Assembly: GCA_025928935.1 (NCBI GenBank)
Contig: JAICNB010000006.1
Span: 1,381 to 65,380, forward strand
Length of the DNA: 64,000 nt
Reading direction: 5' to 3'
From: Acidimicrobiia bacterium
Lineage (GTDB): Bacteria > Actinomycetota > Acidimicrobiia > Spongiisociales > ZC4RG35
Shown here: in pieces, positions 8,720 to 18,102 of the stretch
Layout of the letters: each line of letters starts with the position of its first letter
Numbering within the stretch: the first letter of the stretch is position 1
Program-made: the position numbers and the translations under genes
Notes under the pieces: model-generated
Databases searched by the model: none
What the model was told of the DNA's origin: nothing
Seen by the model: only the letters and a program-made list of their open reading frames with translations

Positions 8720-9442
8720 ATGTACGACGGGGTGAAAGTCCTTGCCATGGCGCCAGTGCTCGACGAGAGGCTGAAGATCGTCGAAGTCATTCGGAGAGTC
8801 CCTCGCGATGTAGTCGACGAGTTCCTGGTCGTCGACGATGGCTCGACTGACGGATCGCCGGACGTGTGCCGAGAAGCCGGAGCGACCGTGATCGAGCTAG
8901 GCACGACCCTGGGTGTGGGCGCCGCAATTCGAACCGGATACAAGTATGCGATCGATCACGGGTTCGACGTCGCTGTAGTCATTGCTGGGAACAACAAGGA
9001 CTCGCCTGAGGAGATACCGCTGCTATTGGAACCGATCGTCGCGGGTGGGGCCGATCTCGTGCAGGGTTCGCGATGGCTCTCCAATTCCAGCGACTACGGC
9101 GACATGCCTCTATACAGAAAGGCGGCCACCCGTCTCCATCCCTTCATCTTTCGGCTCATCTCGAGCGCCAAGCTGACCGATACAACGAATGGATTCCGGG
9201 CCGCGCGCACATCGATGCTCCGCGACCCAAAGCTCGCCCTCGACCAAAGATGGCTCGACGAGTACGAGTTGGAGGTCTATCTCCTCTACAAGGCTGCCAA
9301 GCTCGGCTATCGGGTGACCGAAGTGGGAGTCACCAAGCGCTATCCGCCGAAAAACCTCGGGCAGACAAAGATGAAGCCGATAGTTGGATGGTGGTCCATC
9401 CTCCGTCCTCTATTCCTGCTTGGTCTCGGGATCAAGAAATGA
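8720..9442 (+). CDS. family-2 glycosyltransferase, polyprenyl-phosphate sugar synthase type (GtrB/ArnC/Dpm1-like)
   Basis: Motifs FLVVDDGSTDGS and GNNKDSPEE, plus a single C-terminal TM helix (IVGWWSILRPLFLLGLGI). ATG 8720 is used instead of ORF start 8522, which would overlap the previous gene. Confidence 0.8.
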   Translation: MYDGVKVLAMAPVLDERLKIVEVIRRVPRDVVDEFLVVDDGSTDGSPDVCREAGATVIELGTTLGVGAAIRTGYKYAIDHGFDVAVVIAGNNKDSPEEIPLLLEPIVAGGADLVQGSRWLSNSSDYGDMPLYRKAATRLHPFIFRLISSAKLTDTTNGFRAARTSMLRDPKLALDQRWLDEYELEVYLLYKAAKLGYRVTEVGVTKRYPPKNLGQTKMKPIVGWWSILRPLFLLGLGIKK

Positions 9443-9464
9443 ATACTTGGAGAGTGAACTGGAG

Positions 9465-10493
9465 ATGATGATTGGTGTTGCGGTGGTGGGGGCAGGCCAT
9501 TGGGGCCCACACCTGGTGAGGAACTTCAACGATCACCTATCCAGCCACACGCTTTGGGTGGTCGACCAAGCCGAAGTGAGACGGAAGGCGATCGGCGAGC
9601 GATTCCCGTCCGTCTCCCTCAGTGGGGATATCGACGACGCGCTCGGCGATGATCGGGTCGATGCGGTGGTGATCGCCACGCCGACATCTACGCATGGCGC
9701 GTTGGTCAGTAGAGCGCTGGAGGCCAAGAAACACGTCCTCGTGGAGAAGCCCATCACCAATTCACTTGAGGAAGCAACGGAGCTTTGTCGGCTTGCTGAA
9801 TCCCTAGACCGAGTCTTGATGGTGGGACATGTCTTCCTCTTCAACCCTGCTGTCCGCGCCGCCAAGGAGTACGTCGACGCGGGCGACCTAGGGCAGGTCG
9901 AGTACCTATCCATGACCAGGACCAACTTGGGCCCCGTCCGTGCCGACGTGAATGCCGCCTGGGACCTGGCGAGCCATGACATCTCGATCGCCAACTTCTG
10001 GCTTGGAACTGTGCCCGACGCCGTTTCGGCCTCGGGAGGGAGCTGGCTGAACCAGGGCGTCCATGATGTGGTCTTCGCCACGCTCAGATACCCGGGAGAT
10101 ATCGTCGTCCATATCGAGGCCTCATGGCTCAACCCTCGAAAGCGGCGGCTCATCTCCGTCATCGGCAGCGAGCGGATGCTGACAGTAGACGACATGGACC
10201 TCAATGAGCCTCTTCGTATCTACGACAAGGGGGTGGTCGGCGCCGAGGCAGAGATCACTGATACGTTCGCCGCCTTCAGATCCCAGATCAGAGAGGGGCA
10301 GGTGCTGATCCCTCACGTGACGACGGGCGAGCCATTACGCGCCGAGTGCGACGCCTTTCTCGCCCGCATCCGCGGAGAAGAGGGATGGTTGTCCGACGGA
10401 TGGGCCGGTGCCGACGTCGTCGCCGTTCTCGAGGCAATCGACCGCTCGATCGCGGCCAATGGAGAGCAGCAGATTGTGAAGAGCGTCAGGTGA
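9465..10493 (+). CDS. Gfo/Idh/MocA family NAD-dependent sugar oxidoreductase (WbpB-like)
   Basis: N-terminal Rossmann motif IGVAVVGAGHWG and EKP motif (VLVEKPI). It lies in an operon with a DegT aminotransferase and an LbH acetyltransferase. Confidence 0.85.
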   Translation: MMIGVAVVGAGHWGPHLVRNFNDHLSSHTLWVVDQAEVRRKAIGERFPSVSLSGDIDDALGDDRVDAVVIATPTSTHGALVSRALEAKKHVLVEKPITNSLEEATELCRLAESLDRVLMVGHVFLFNPAVRAAKEYVDAGDLGQVEYLSMTRTNLGPVRADVNAAWDLASHDISIANFWLGTVPDAVSASGGSWLNQGVHDVVFATLRYPGDIVVHIEASWLNPRKRRLISVIGSERMLTVDDMDLNEPLRIYDKGVVGAEAEITDTFAAFRSQIREGQVLIPHVTTGEPLRAECDAFLARIRGEEGWLSDGWAGADVVAVLEAIDRSIAANGEQQIVKSVR

Positions 10494-11599
10494 GAGTTCC
10501 CTTGGTCGATCTAGCGTGGCAGCACGCCCAGATCGCCGACGAAGTGATGACCGGGATCGACGAGGTGATGCGAACGACCGCGTTCATCCAGGGCCCGCAA
10601 GTCTCAACTTTCGAGAAGCATTTCGCAGAGTTCTGCGATGTCGCCCACTGCGTTGGAGTCTCCAGTGGTACCGACGCCCTCGAGATGGCCGTCCGTGGCC
10701 TCGGACTAGGTGCCGGAGATGTTGTGATCGTGCCAGCCAACAGCTTCATCGCGAGCACGCTTGGGGTGATCCGCGCCGGGGCTCAGGTCCAGCTGGTCGA
10801 TTGCGACCCGGAGACATACCTGATCGATGTCGAAGCTGTGGAGCGGGCGATGGGCCCAGAGGTGAAGGCGGTTATGCCGGTCCACCTGTTTGGTCAGGCT
10901 GCACCGGTAGACCAGTTGTCAGAGGTTGTCGGCGATGCGTTCATCATCGAAGATGCCGCCCAGTCCCAGGGCGCCCTGCGTCATGGCCATCCCGCGGGAT
11001 CATTAGGGTCGGTCGCAGCGACCAGTTTCTACCCCGGCAAGAACATAGGCGCCTACGGCGACGCCGGTGCCGTGCTGACCGATGATGACGACCTGGCCCA
11101 GCATGTCCGGAATCTCGGGAACTGGGGATCTCCCCAGAAATATCACCATCCCGAGATCGGGTTCAACTCCCGACTCGACTCGATTCAGGCGGTTGTCCTG
11201 GGTGCCAAGCTCCGGAGGCTCGGCGACTGGAACAAGCTTCGTCAGGAGGCCGCCGGACGCTATGACGAGCTGCTCGGCGAGCGCGGTCGGGTTGCACCAC
11301 CGACCGTCCTCTCAGGAAACGAACACGTCTGGCACCTCTATGTCGTCCGTGTGCCCAACCGCGACGAGGCCGTGTCCAGGATGCACGAAGCCGGTATCGG
11401 TGTCGGTGTCCACTATCCGATCCCAATGCACCTCCAAGGTGCGCTTTCCTACATGGGCTACGAGGCGGGCGACTTTCCTAGCACTGAAGCGGCGGCGCGA
11501 GAGATGTTGTCGCTCCCGATGTATCCGGGCATCACCGCAGACCAGCAATCCGAAGTGATCGATGTCCTTCACCGCGTGCTCGATTTGATCGAGAGCTGA
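10490..11599 (+). CDS. DegT/DnrJ/EryC1/StrS family PLP-dependent sugar aminotransferase (WbpE/ArnB-like)
   Basis: The N-terminus VPLVDLAWQH and the motifs GVSSGTDALE and SFYPGKNIGAYGDAG (Lys for PLP). GTG 10490 overlaps the previous stop (GTGA). Confidence 0.9.
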   Translation: MRVPLVDLAWQHAQIADEVMTGIDEVMRTTAFIQGPQVSTFEKHFAEFCDVAHCVGVSSGTDALEMAVRGLGLGAGDVVIVPANSFIASTLGVIRAGAQVQLVDCDPETYLIDVEAVERAMGPEVKAVMPVHLFGQAAPVDQLSEVVGDAFIIEDAAQSQGALRHGHPAGSLGSVAATSFYPGKNIGAYGDAGAVLTDDDDLAQHVRNLGNWGSPQKYHHPEIGFNSRLDSIQAVVLGAKLRRLGDWNKLRQEAAGRYDELLGERGRVAPPTVLSGNEHVWHLYVVRVPNRDEAVSRMHEAGIGVGVHYPIPMHLQGALSYMGYEAGDFPSTEAAAREMLSLPMYPGITADQQSEVIDVLHRVLDLIES

Positions 11600-11602
11600 G
11601 CC

Positions 11603-12169
11603 GTGGCCAACGACGTATTCGTTCATCCGTCCGCTCTCGTTGAGACGTCGGAGGTTGGATCCGGCACCAAGGTGTGGGCTTTCGCCCATGTCATGGAGGG
11701 AGCGGTCGTTGGATCCGACTGCAAGATAGGAGACCACGCCTTCATCGAGAGCGGGGCAATTCTGGGTGACCGCGTCGTGATCAAGAACAATTCTCTGATC
11801 TGGCACGGGGTCTCGATTGGCGACGATGTTTTTGTCGGCCCCAACACGGTGTTCACGAACGTCGTGTCGCCACGAGCCCGCTATCAGACATATCCCGAGG
11901 ACTGGGTGAAGACCGAGGTAGCGGACCGAGCCTCGATCGGAGCGAACAGCACGATCGTCTGTGGAATCCGGCTTGGTTTCAATTCGATGGTGGGCGCCGG
12001 GTCGGTGGTAACCCGCGATGTGCCCGATCATGCACTCGTGTTTGGCAATCCGGCCCGTCACGAGGGCTGGGTCTGCGACTGCGGGAGGAAGCTTGCGGGA
12101 GATTTAGCTTGCCCTGAATGCGGGCGCGCCTACCAGAAAACCGAAAATGGTCTAGGCCCCTTGGGATGA
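11603..12169 (+). CDS. left-handed beta-helix (hexapeptide) sugar N-acetyltransferase (WbpD-like) with C-terminal Cys4 tail
   Basis: Hexapeptide repeats (VGSDCKIGDHAFIESGAILGDRVVIKNNSLI...) are followed by CDCG-x9-CPECG at the C-terminus. Confidence 0.85.
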   Translation: MANDVFVHPSALVETSEVGSGTKVWAFAHVMEGAVVGSDCKIGDHAFIESGAILGDRVVIKNNSLIWHGVSIGDDVFVGPNTVFTNVVSPRARYQTYPEDWVKTEVADRASIGANSTIVCGIRLGFNSMVGAGSVVTRDVPDHALVFGNPARHEGWVCDCGRKLAGDLACPECGRAYQKTENGLGPLG

Positions 12170-12260
12170 TGATGCTTGTTTGGCTCCAAAGGCCGACTGC
12201 GCCTTCAGGGCCCGCCCCCAGCTTCCGATAAGGACAGCTACATCAACTCTCGGAAGGAAG

Positions 12261-12431
12261 ATGAGATCCATAACTCTGGCTTACCTGGACCCGGGGACCG
12301 GCAGCTTGCTGCTTCAGCTGCTTGTCGGGGGCTTCGCGGGCGCTCTAGCGTTCCTCAGGTTCAGATGGCGATCAATCAAGGCGAAGTTCACTCGTGCCGA
12401 TGAGCACGAGGAGCAGGAAATCCACGCCTGA
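12261..12431 (+). CDS. small single-pass membrane protein (56 aa), unknown function
   Basis: ATG 12261 lies 1 nt after GGAAGGAAG. The sequence is MRSITLAYLDPGTGSLLLQLLVGGFAGALAFLRF followed by a charged tail. It sits directly upstream of sulfatase-like paralog 2. Confidence 0.45.
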   Translation: MRSITLAYLDPGTGSLLLQLLVGGFAGALAFLRFRWRSIKAKFTRADEHEEQEIHA

Positions 12432-12497
12432 CAACCTCGCCCGGAGACAACTCCGAACGGCGCACTCCTACGTAGGAAGCCCGAGCCTCGAACTGAC

Positions 12498-14087
12498 ATG
12501 GCAACCCAACACCTGACCGGGCGCGAGTCCGATCGATCCGACTCGCATGTTCCGACTGCGCGCAAACGGCCGTGGCCATCGATCGCTGATGCGGAGAGTG
12601 GCAGGCGTTGGTACGCATTTGTAGTGCTTGCTGCCAGTTCGTATAGCGTTCTGACCGCGTGGGCCAATGCGGGTGAGAACCCCATCCTGCTCACGTTGTT
12701 GCTCGCTTGGCTGCTCCTTGCATCGCTGGGCATCGGCATCTGGCGGGTTCTGGTGCTGCTTGGCCTGGACGCAGAAGGAAGCTCATACGCAACGGCCTTG
12801 TTCATGCTGGTCTTCGCCAACGCCGGTGGCCTCGTGGGCAAATTCCATCCGCTGGACCGGCTTGGGCTCTTCCTTCTGGCGGTCGGGGTTGGCCTCATTG
12901 GCTACCGTCTGCGTCAGCTCGCCGCGTTCAGGCTCCTCATTACGTGGCTAGTGATCTTCATCGTTGCGTATCCGATGGTGAACATCGTTGGTCGTGCCGA
13001 TCTAGCGCAGGCAGGTCCGCAGAATGTAGAGACGAGTGCGAGTCTGTCTGTGGAGAACATGGTCGAACGGCCCGACATCCTGGTCGTGTTCTTCGACGCA
13101 TATGGCAGCAGAGAGGTTCTGGATCGCTACTACCAGTATGACAATCGAGGCGTCTTGGAGGATCTCGACGATCGCGGGTTCGAAGCTCCGGGAACTATTT
13201 CGGCCAACTACGCGCGCACACAGCTTGCGATACCATCTTTCCTCCAGCTGGATTACGTTGCCGGCGAGGGCGAGGTTTCAGATCAGGATGTCGACGGCCT
13301 GCTCGAAGTGCTGGGTGGGAGTAATCGCCTCGCCAGTGTGTTAAAGGGTCAGGGTTACCGCCAGATCCACGTGGAGTCGGGCTGGCTCGGAACTCGCTGC
13401 GGCCCAACAGTGGACGTATGCATAGGGGCGCCATGGCCGGATGAGACATTCTTCGACATCGTCTACCGGTCGATCTTGACGGACATCCCCGGGTTCGAGA
13501 TCGGTCGCACGTTCACCGACGGGGCGCTTCATGTCGCTGACTGGTTGCATCGTGATCTGTCTCGGTACCTAGAAGACGACCAACCGGACCTGATCTTCGC
13601 GCACGTTCTGATGCCCCATCCGCCGCTCTTCCTAAAAGGAGATTGTTCTGCGGACTGGGATGGGGGAGTGTCCGGTTTCGCCATCGGACGACGTGGAGCG
13701 GATTCATTAGAGACCGACGCGGCTCGCAGCGACTACATCGATCAAGTCGAGTGTGCGAATCACATGATGATCGAGACAGCCGACATGCTCGGGGATGACG
13801 ACGCCGTCCTGTTCATGGGGGATCACGGTCCAGATCTACTCGGCCAGTTGTTCACGCCCAGTTCAGGCTGGACGGAGGATCAGCTTCGTGAGCGTTTCGG
13901 CACATTTTTCGCCGCCAGGGTCCCGGGTTGTGACATGACCAATCTGGGAAGTGTCGTCAACGCGGGGCGTCGCATGATGAGCTGCTTGAGTGGGGAGCCT
14001 TTTCCTGATCTTCCAACCAGGACATACGATCTGAATAGATCGCCGACACTTCAGATCATCAATGAACTGACGGTGTCGACCTCGTGA
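12498..14087 (+). CDS. polytopic membrane protein with sulfatase/LtaS/EptA-like domain, paralog 2
   Basis: Motifs DILVVFFDAYG, FAHVLMPHPPLF and FMGDHGPD. It also shares the blocks VESGW-G-RCGP-VD-CI-AP and ERF..F.A.R with 7039..8598. Confidence 0.7.
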   Translation: MATQHLTGRESDRSDSHVPTARKRPWPSIADAESGRRWYAFVVLAASSYSVLTAWANAGENPILLTLLLAWLLLASLGIGIWRVLVLLGLDAEGSSYATALFMLVFANAGGLVGKFHPLDRLGLFLLAVGVGLIGYRLRQLAAFRLLITWLVIFIVAYPMVNIVGRADLAQAGPQNVETSASLSVENMVERPDILVVFFDAYGSREVLDRYYQYDNRGVLEDLDDRGFEAPGTISANYARTQLAIPSFLQLDYVAGEGEVSDQDVDGLLEVLGGSNRLASVLKGQGYRQIHVESGWLGTRCGPTVDVCIGAPWPDETFFDIVYRSILTDIPGFEIGRTFTDGALHVADWLHRDLSRYLEDDQPDLIFAHVLMPHPPLFLKGDCSADWDGGVSGFAIGRRGADSLETDAARSDYIDQVECANHMMIETADMLGDDDAVLFMGDHGPDLLGQLFTPSSGWTEDQLRERFGTFFAARVPGCDMTNLGSVVNAGRRMMSCLSGEPFPDLPTRTYDLNRSPTLQIINELTVSTS

Positions 14088-15160
14088 CCCGGAATCGGGG
14101 CGCAATGACAGTTGGAGTCGTGGCTGTAGGGATAGGCGTACTTCTCTGCATTCGACTCCTGGCTTTCGATAACTGGGATCCCACGGTATTCACTGCCTTT
14201 GGAGAGGAAGAGCCGGTCACGCTGGCGTACGCCGAGGAAAAACTAGGACGGGAGGTCTTGACGCGCCCTGCGCAGGGCCATGACGGCAAATACTTCTTCG
14301 TTCAAGCGAACGATCCATTGATCACCGAACCCGACGACAACGCATCCATACTCGATCGACCCGCATACCGGAGCCAGAGAATGCTGTACCCGCTGATCGC
14401 TGGGGCGGCCGGCCTTGCCTCGCCGGAGGTCATCACATGGACCCTGGTGTTGGTCAACGTTGTCTTCTTGGGTCTTGGATCGTGGGCCGTGGCCCGGATA
14501 GCGATGAAACATGGCATCACACCCTGGGCGGGCCTTGCCTTCGCCCTCAATATCGGATTGCTCTCGGAGCTATTCATCGACGGTGCTGGCATCGTCTCGT
14601 TCGCCCTCGCCTGCCTTGGTGCGCTGGCCCTCGAAGAAGAAAGGCCTGGACTTGCCGCGGCTCTGTTCACTGGGGCGGCCCTCACTCGCGAGGTCATGCT
14701 GGTTTTCGTGGCTTTCATAGCCTTCTTCTGGATTGTGAGGCGGAGATCGATTCCTTGGCTGATTGGAGTGCCAAGTGTTGTCGCTGTCGGCTTATGGGCG
14801 GTCTACGTTCGGATTCAGGTAGACGTTCCAGTCGACTCTCCCCAAATCAAGGAGATCACCCTGATCCCATTTTCCGGGATGGTCGACGCACTGACATCGG
14901 GCCGGGCCGAGGCCATCGATTATGCGGTCATCTTGACGTTGGCGTTGCTCGTCTTCATCGTGCCGATCAGGGCCAGCAGGTCTGATGTCTATCTGAGTTG
15001 GGGCGCAGTGGGCTTCGCCGTTCTCGCTCCGTTCCTGACCTTCTACGTGTGGCAACAGTCTTTCGACATCTCTAGAGCGCTTGCCCCACTCGCCACGGTC
15101 TTCGTCCTGGAACTGCTGCTGGCGAGGCAGAGAAAGAGCACCTCTGCTCTAATCTCCTGA
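14084..15160 (+). CDS. polytopic integral membrane protein, probable surface-glycopolymer assembly/GT-C-like factor
   Basis: About 9 predicted TM helices and a first extracytoplasmic loop with GHDGKYFFVQANDP. The start overlaps the previous stop (GTGA at 14084). The family assignment is tentative. Confidence 0.65.
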   Translation: MTRNRGAMTVGVVAVGIGVLLCIRLLAFDNWDPTVFTAFGEEEPVTLAYAEEKLGREVLTRPAQGHDGKYFFVQANDPLITEPDDNASILDRPAYRSQRMLYPLIAGAAGLASPEVITWTLVLVNVVFLGLGSWAVARIAMKHGITPWAGLAFALNIGLLSELFIDGAGIVSFALACLGALALEEERPGLAAALFTGAALTREVMLVFVAFIAFFWIVRRRSIPWLIGVPSVVAVGLWAVYVRIQVDVPVDSPQIKEITLIPFSGMVDALTSGRAEAIDYAVILTLALLVFIVPIRASRSDVYLSWGAVGFAVLAPFLTFYVWQQSFDISRALAPLATVFVLELLLARQRKSTSALIS

Positions 15161-15163
15161 CAG

Positions 15164-15177
15164 CGAACAAGCGTTCG
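15164..15177. promoter_or_regulatory. candidate LexA SOS box upstream of uvrA
   Basis: CGAACAAGCGTTCG is a perfect GAAC-N4-GTTC palindrome. It lies 52 nt upstream of the uvrA GTG and 14 nt upstream of a TACACT -10-like hexamer (15192-15197). Confidence 0.6.
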
Positions 15178-15228
15178 CCCCGGATCTGGATTACACTGTC
15201 GTAACTCAGGCGACCACCCGGGCGGAGA

Positions 15229-18051
15229 GTGTCCACCGAATCCATACTCATCAGGGGCGCCCGTGAGCACAACCTGAAGAACCTCACGGTCGAACTGCCC
15301 CGCAACAAGCTCATCGCATTCACCGGCCTCTCGGGGTCGGGGAAGTCCTCGCTCGCCTTCGACACCATCTATGCCGAGGGGCAACGGCGTTACGTCGAGT
15401 CGCTCTCGGCCTATGCCCGTCAGTTCCTCGGGCAGATGGACAAGCCGGACGTCGACTTCATCGACGGCCTCTCACCGGCGATCTCGATCGACCAGAAGAC
15501 GGCGTCACGGAACCCTCGTTCGACGGTGGGCACGGTCACCGAGGTGCATGACTATCTCCGTCTTCTCTACGCACGGATCGGGATCGCCCACTGTCCTAAT
15601 GACGGCACCCCGGTCGAGCGGCAGACTCCACAGCAGATCGTCGATCGCATCCTCGAGCTCCCCGAGGGCACCCGGTTCCAGGTCCTCGCGCCGGTGGTCC
15701 GGGGGAGAAAAGGCGAGTACGAAGGTCTGCTCGCCGACCTGGCCAAGCAAGGCTTCGCTCGGGCCCGGGTGGATGGTGAGGTGAGGGAGCTCACCGAGGA
15801 GATCAAGCTCGACCGTTACCACCAGCACAGCATCGAGGTCGTGGTCGACCGTCTGGTGCGAAAGGAGGGGATGGAGCAACGGCTCACCCAGTCCCTGGAA
15901 ACGGCCCTGAGCCTCACCGACGGCACCGCGGACATCGAGATCGCCGATGGTGCAACCCTCACCTTCTCCCAGCATCTCTCCTGTCCCAAGTGCGGCCTCT
16001 CGTTCGAGGATCTCCAGCCCCGCAACTTCTCGTTCAACAGCCCCTACGGCGCCTGCCCGGTCTGCTCGGGGATCGGAACCAGGTTCCAGGTCGACCCCGA
16101 GCTCGTGATCTCCGACCCATCTCTCTCCCTGGCGGAGGGTGTGATCCCGATGTGGTCCTCCAACCGGATGCGCTACTACCACCGGCTCCTCACCGGGCTG
16201 GGAGATGTCTTCGGCTTCTCGATGGATACCCCTTGGGAGGACCTGCCCAAGAAGATCCAAGAGAAGATCCTCTACGGGACCGGCGACGAGAAGATCACGA
16301 TCAAATACACCAACCGTTTTGGGAGGAAGCGCCAGTGGCAGGCCACCTTCGAGGGGGCGATCCCGTTCCTGAACCGGCGTCACGAGTCGGCGGAGAGCGA
16401 CTCGGCACGTGAGTACTACCAGGAGTACATGGCCGAAGTCCCCTGCGAGGCGTGTGGGGGCGGACGGCTCAACCCGATCTCATTGGCGGTGACCATCGCC
16501 GACCGCAACATCGCCGAGGTCTCCGAGCTGAGCCTGGGCAACTCCAAGGAGTTCTTCGAGGATCTCGTGCTCAACGATCGTGAGCGCACGATCGCCGAGC
16601 GGGTGCTCAAGGAGGTGAGGGCCAGGATCCAGTTCCTCCTCGACGTCGGCCTCGACTACCTGTCGCTGAGCCGATCGGCGGCGACTCTGGCCGGGGGTGA
16701 GGCGCAGAGGATCCGTCTCGCCACCCAGATCGGCTCCGGTCTGGTCGGGGTCCTCTACATCCTCGACGAGCCGTCGATCGGGCTCCACCAGCGTGACAAC
16801 CAGCGGCTGATCGAGACTTTGCTCCGTCTCCGCGACCTGGGCAACACCCTGATCGTGGTGGAGCACGACGAGGACACCATCCGGGTTGCCGACCACATCA
16901 TCGACATCGGTCCCGGTGCGGGGGAGCATGGTGGGCACATCGTCGCCGAGGGGAGCCTCGCCGACATCACCGCCGAGCCCGATTCGATCACCGGTGACTA
17001 CCTGGCGGGCCGGAGGCAGATCCCGGTCCCGTTCCTTCGACGCCAGGGCAACGGTGAGGCGATCACGATCCGCGGGGCCACCGAGAACAACCTTCAGGGG
17101 ATCGACGTGGCTTTTCCCCTCGGCGTCTTCACCGCCGTCACCGGGGTATCGGGGTCGGGGAAGTCGACATTGATCGAGGAGATACTGTGGAAGGCTTTGG
17201 CCAATAGGGTCAATCGGGCCCGAATGGTGCCGGGACGGCACAAGAAGATCGACGGGATCGAGCACATCGACAAGGTGATCGACATCGATCAGTCGCCCAT
17301 CGGCCGCACCCCACGCTCCAATCCCGCGACTTACACGAAGCTATTCGATCAGATCCGGTCGTTGTTCGCCCAGACGCCGGAGGCGAGGGCACGTGGCTAT
17401 CAGGCGGGCAGGTTCTCCTTCAACGTCAGGGGCGGCCGCTGTGAGGCGTGCGCTGGTGACGGGACGATCAAGATCGAGATGCACTTCCTGCCCGACGTCT
17501 ATGTCCCATGTGAAGTGTGTGTGGGGCGGCGATACAACCGGGAGACGCTGGAGATCTTGTGGAAGGGCCACAACATCGCCGATGTGCTCGAGATGTCCGT
17601 TGAGGAGGCGCTGGGCTTCTTCGAGAACCAGCCAAAGATCGTCCGAATCCTCCAGACCCTCTACGACGTCGGCCTCGGCTACGTGAGACTGGGTCAGCCT
17701 GCCACCACCCTCTCCGGCGGTGAGGCGCAGCGAATCAAGCTCTCCTCCGAGCTGGGCCGCCGATCCACCGGGCGGACCATGTACATCCTCGACGAGCCGA
17801 CCACCGGTCTCCATTTCGAGGACATCCGGAAGCTGCTCCAGGTGCTGCAGCGGCTCGTCGACGCGGGGAACACCGTCGTCGTCATCGAGCACAACCTCGA
17901 CGTGATCAAGTCGGTCGATCATGTCATCGACCTGGGCCCTGAAGGGGGGAGTGGAGGTGGCCGCATCATCGCCACCGGGACCCCCGAGGAGGTGGCTCAG
18001 GTGGGGGAGAGCTACACGGGGAAGTTCCTCAGGGAGATGGTTGGGGGCTGA
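15229..18051 (+). CDS. uvrA: excinuclease ABC subunit A
   Basis: Two ABC modules ([14 protein letters not shown]; [10 protein letters not shown]) with LSGGEAQR signatures twice, and Zn modules (CPKCG..CPVCSG; CEACGGGR; [17 protein letters not shown]). Confidence 0.97.
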   Translation: MSTESILIRGAREHNLKNLTVELPRNKLIAFTGLSGSGKSSLAFDTIYAEGQRRYVESLSAYARQFLGQMDKPDVDFIDGLSPAISIDQKTASRNPRSTVGTVTEVHDYLRLLYARIGIAHCPNDGTPVERQTPQQIVDRILELPEGTRFQVLAPVVRGRKGEYEGLLADLAKQGFARARVDGEVRELTEEIKLDRYHQHSIEVVVDRLVRKEGMEQRLTQSLETALSLTDGTADIEIADGATLTFSQHLSCPKCGLSFEDLQPRNFSFNSPYGACPVCSGIGTRFQVDPELVISDPSLSLAEGVIPMWSSNRMRYYHRLLTGLGDVFGFSMDTPWEDLPKKIQEKILYGTGDEKITIKYTNRFGRKRQWQATFEGAIPFLNRRHESAESDSAREYYQEYMAEVPCEACGGGRLNPISLAVTIADRNIAEVSELSLGNSKEFFEDLVLNDRERTIAERVLKEVRARIQFLLDVGLDYLSLSRSAATLAGGEAQRIRLATQIGSGLVGVLYILDEPSIGLHQRDNQRLIETLLRLRDLGNTLIVVEHDEDTIRVADHIIDIGPGAGEHGGHIVAEGSLADITAEPDSITGDYLAGRRQIPVPFLRRQGNGEAITIRGATENNLQGIDVAFPLGVFTAVTGVSGSGKSTLIEEILWKALANRVNRARMVPGRHKKIDGIEHIDKVIDIDQSPIGRTPRSNPATYTKLFDQIRSLFAQTPEARARGYQAGRFSFNVRGGRCEACAGDGTIKIEMHFLPDVYVPCEVCVGRRYNRETLEILWKGHNIADVLEMSVEEALGFFENQPKIVRILQTLYDVGLGYVRLGQPATTLSGGEAQRIKLSSELGRRSTGRTMYILDEPTTGLHFEDIRKLLQVLQRLVDAGNTVVVIEHNLDVIKSVDHVIDLGPEGGSGGGRIIATGTPEEVAQVGESYTGKFLREMVGG

Positions 18052-18102
18052 GTCGTTCCGGTAAACCCGGTCGATCCGCTGCCGATATACCCTGACAAGG
18101 CT

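Noticed and set aside
15190-15228. RecA-NDp/PafBC-type promoter (TGTCGGTG-N8-TAnnnT) upstream of uvrA, because of the string CTGTCGTAA.
   Set aside because: Only TGTCG matches. The sequence at the expected -10 distance is ACCACC, not TAnnnT.
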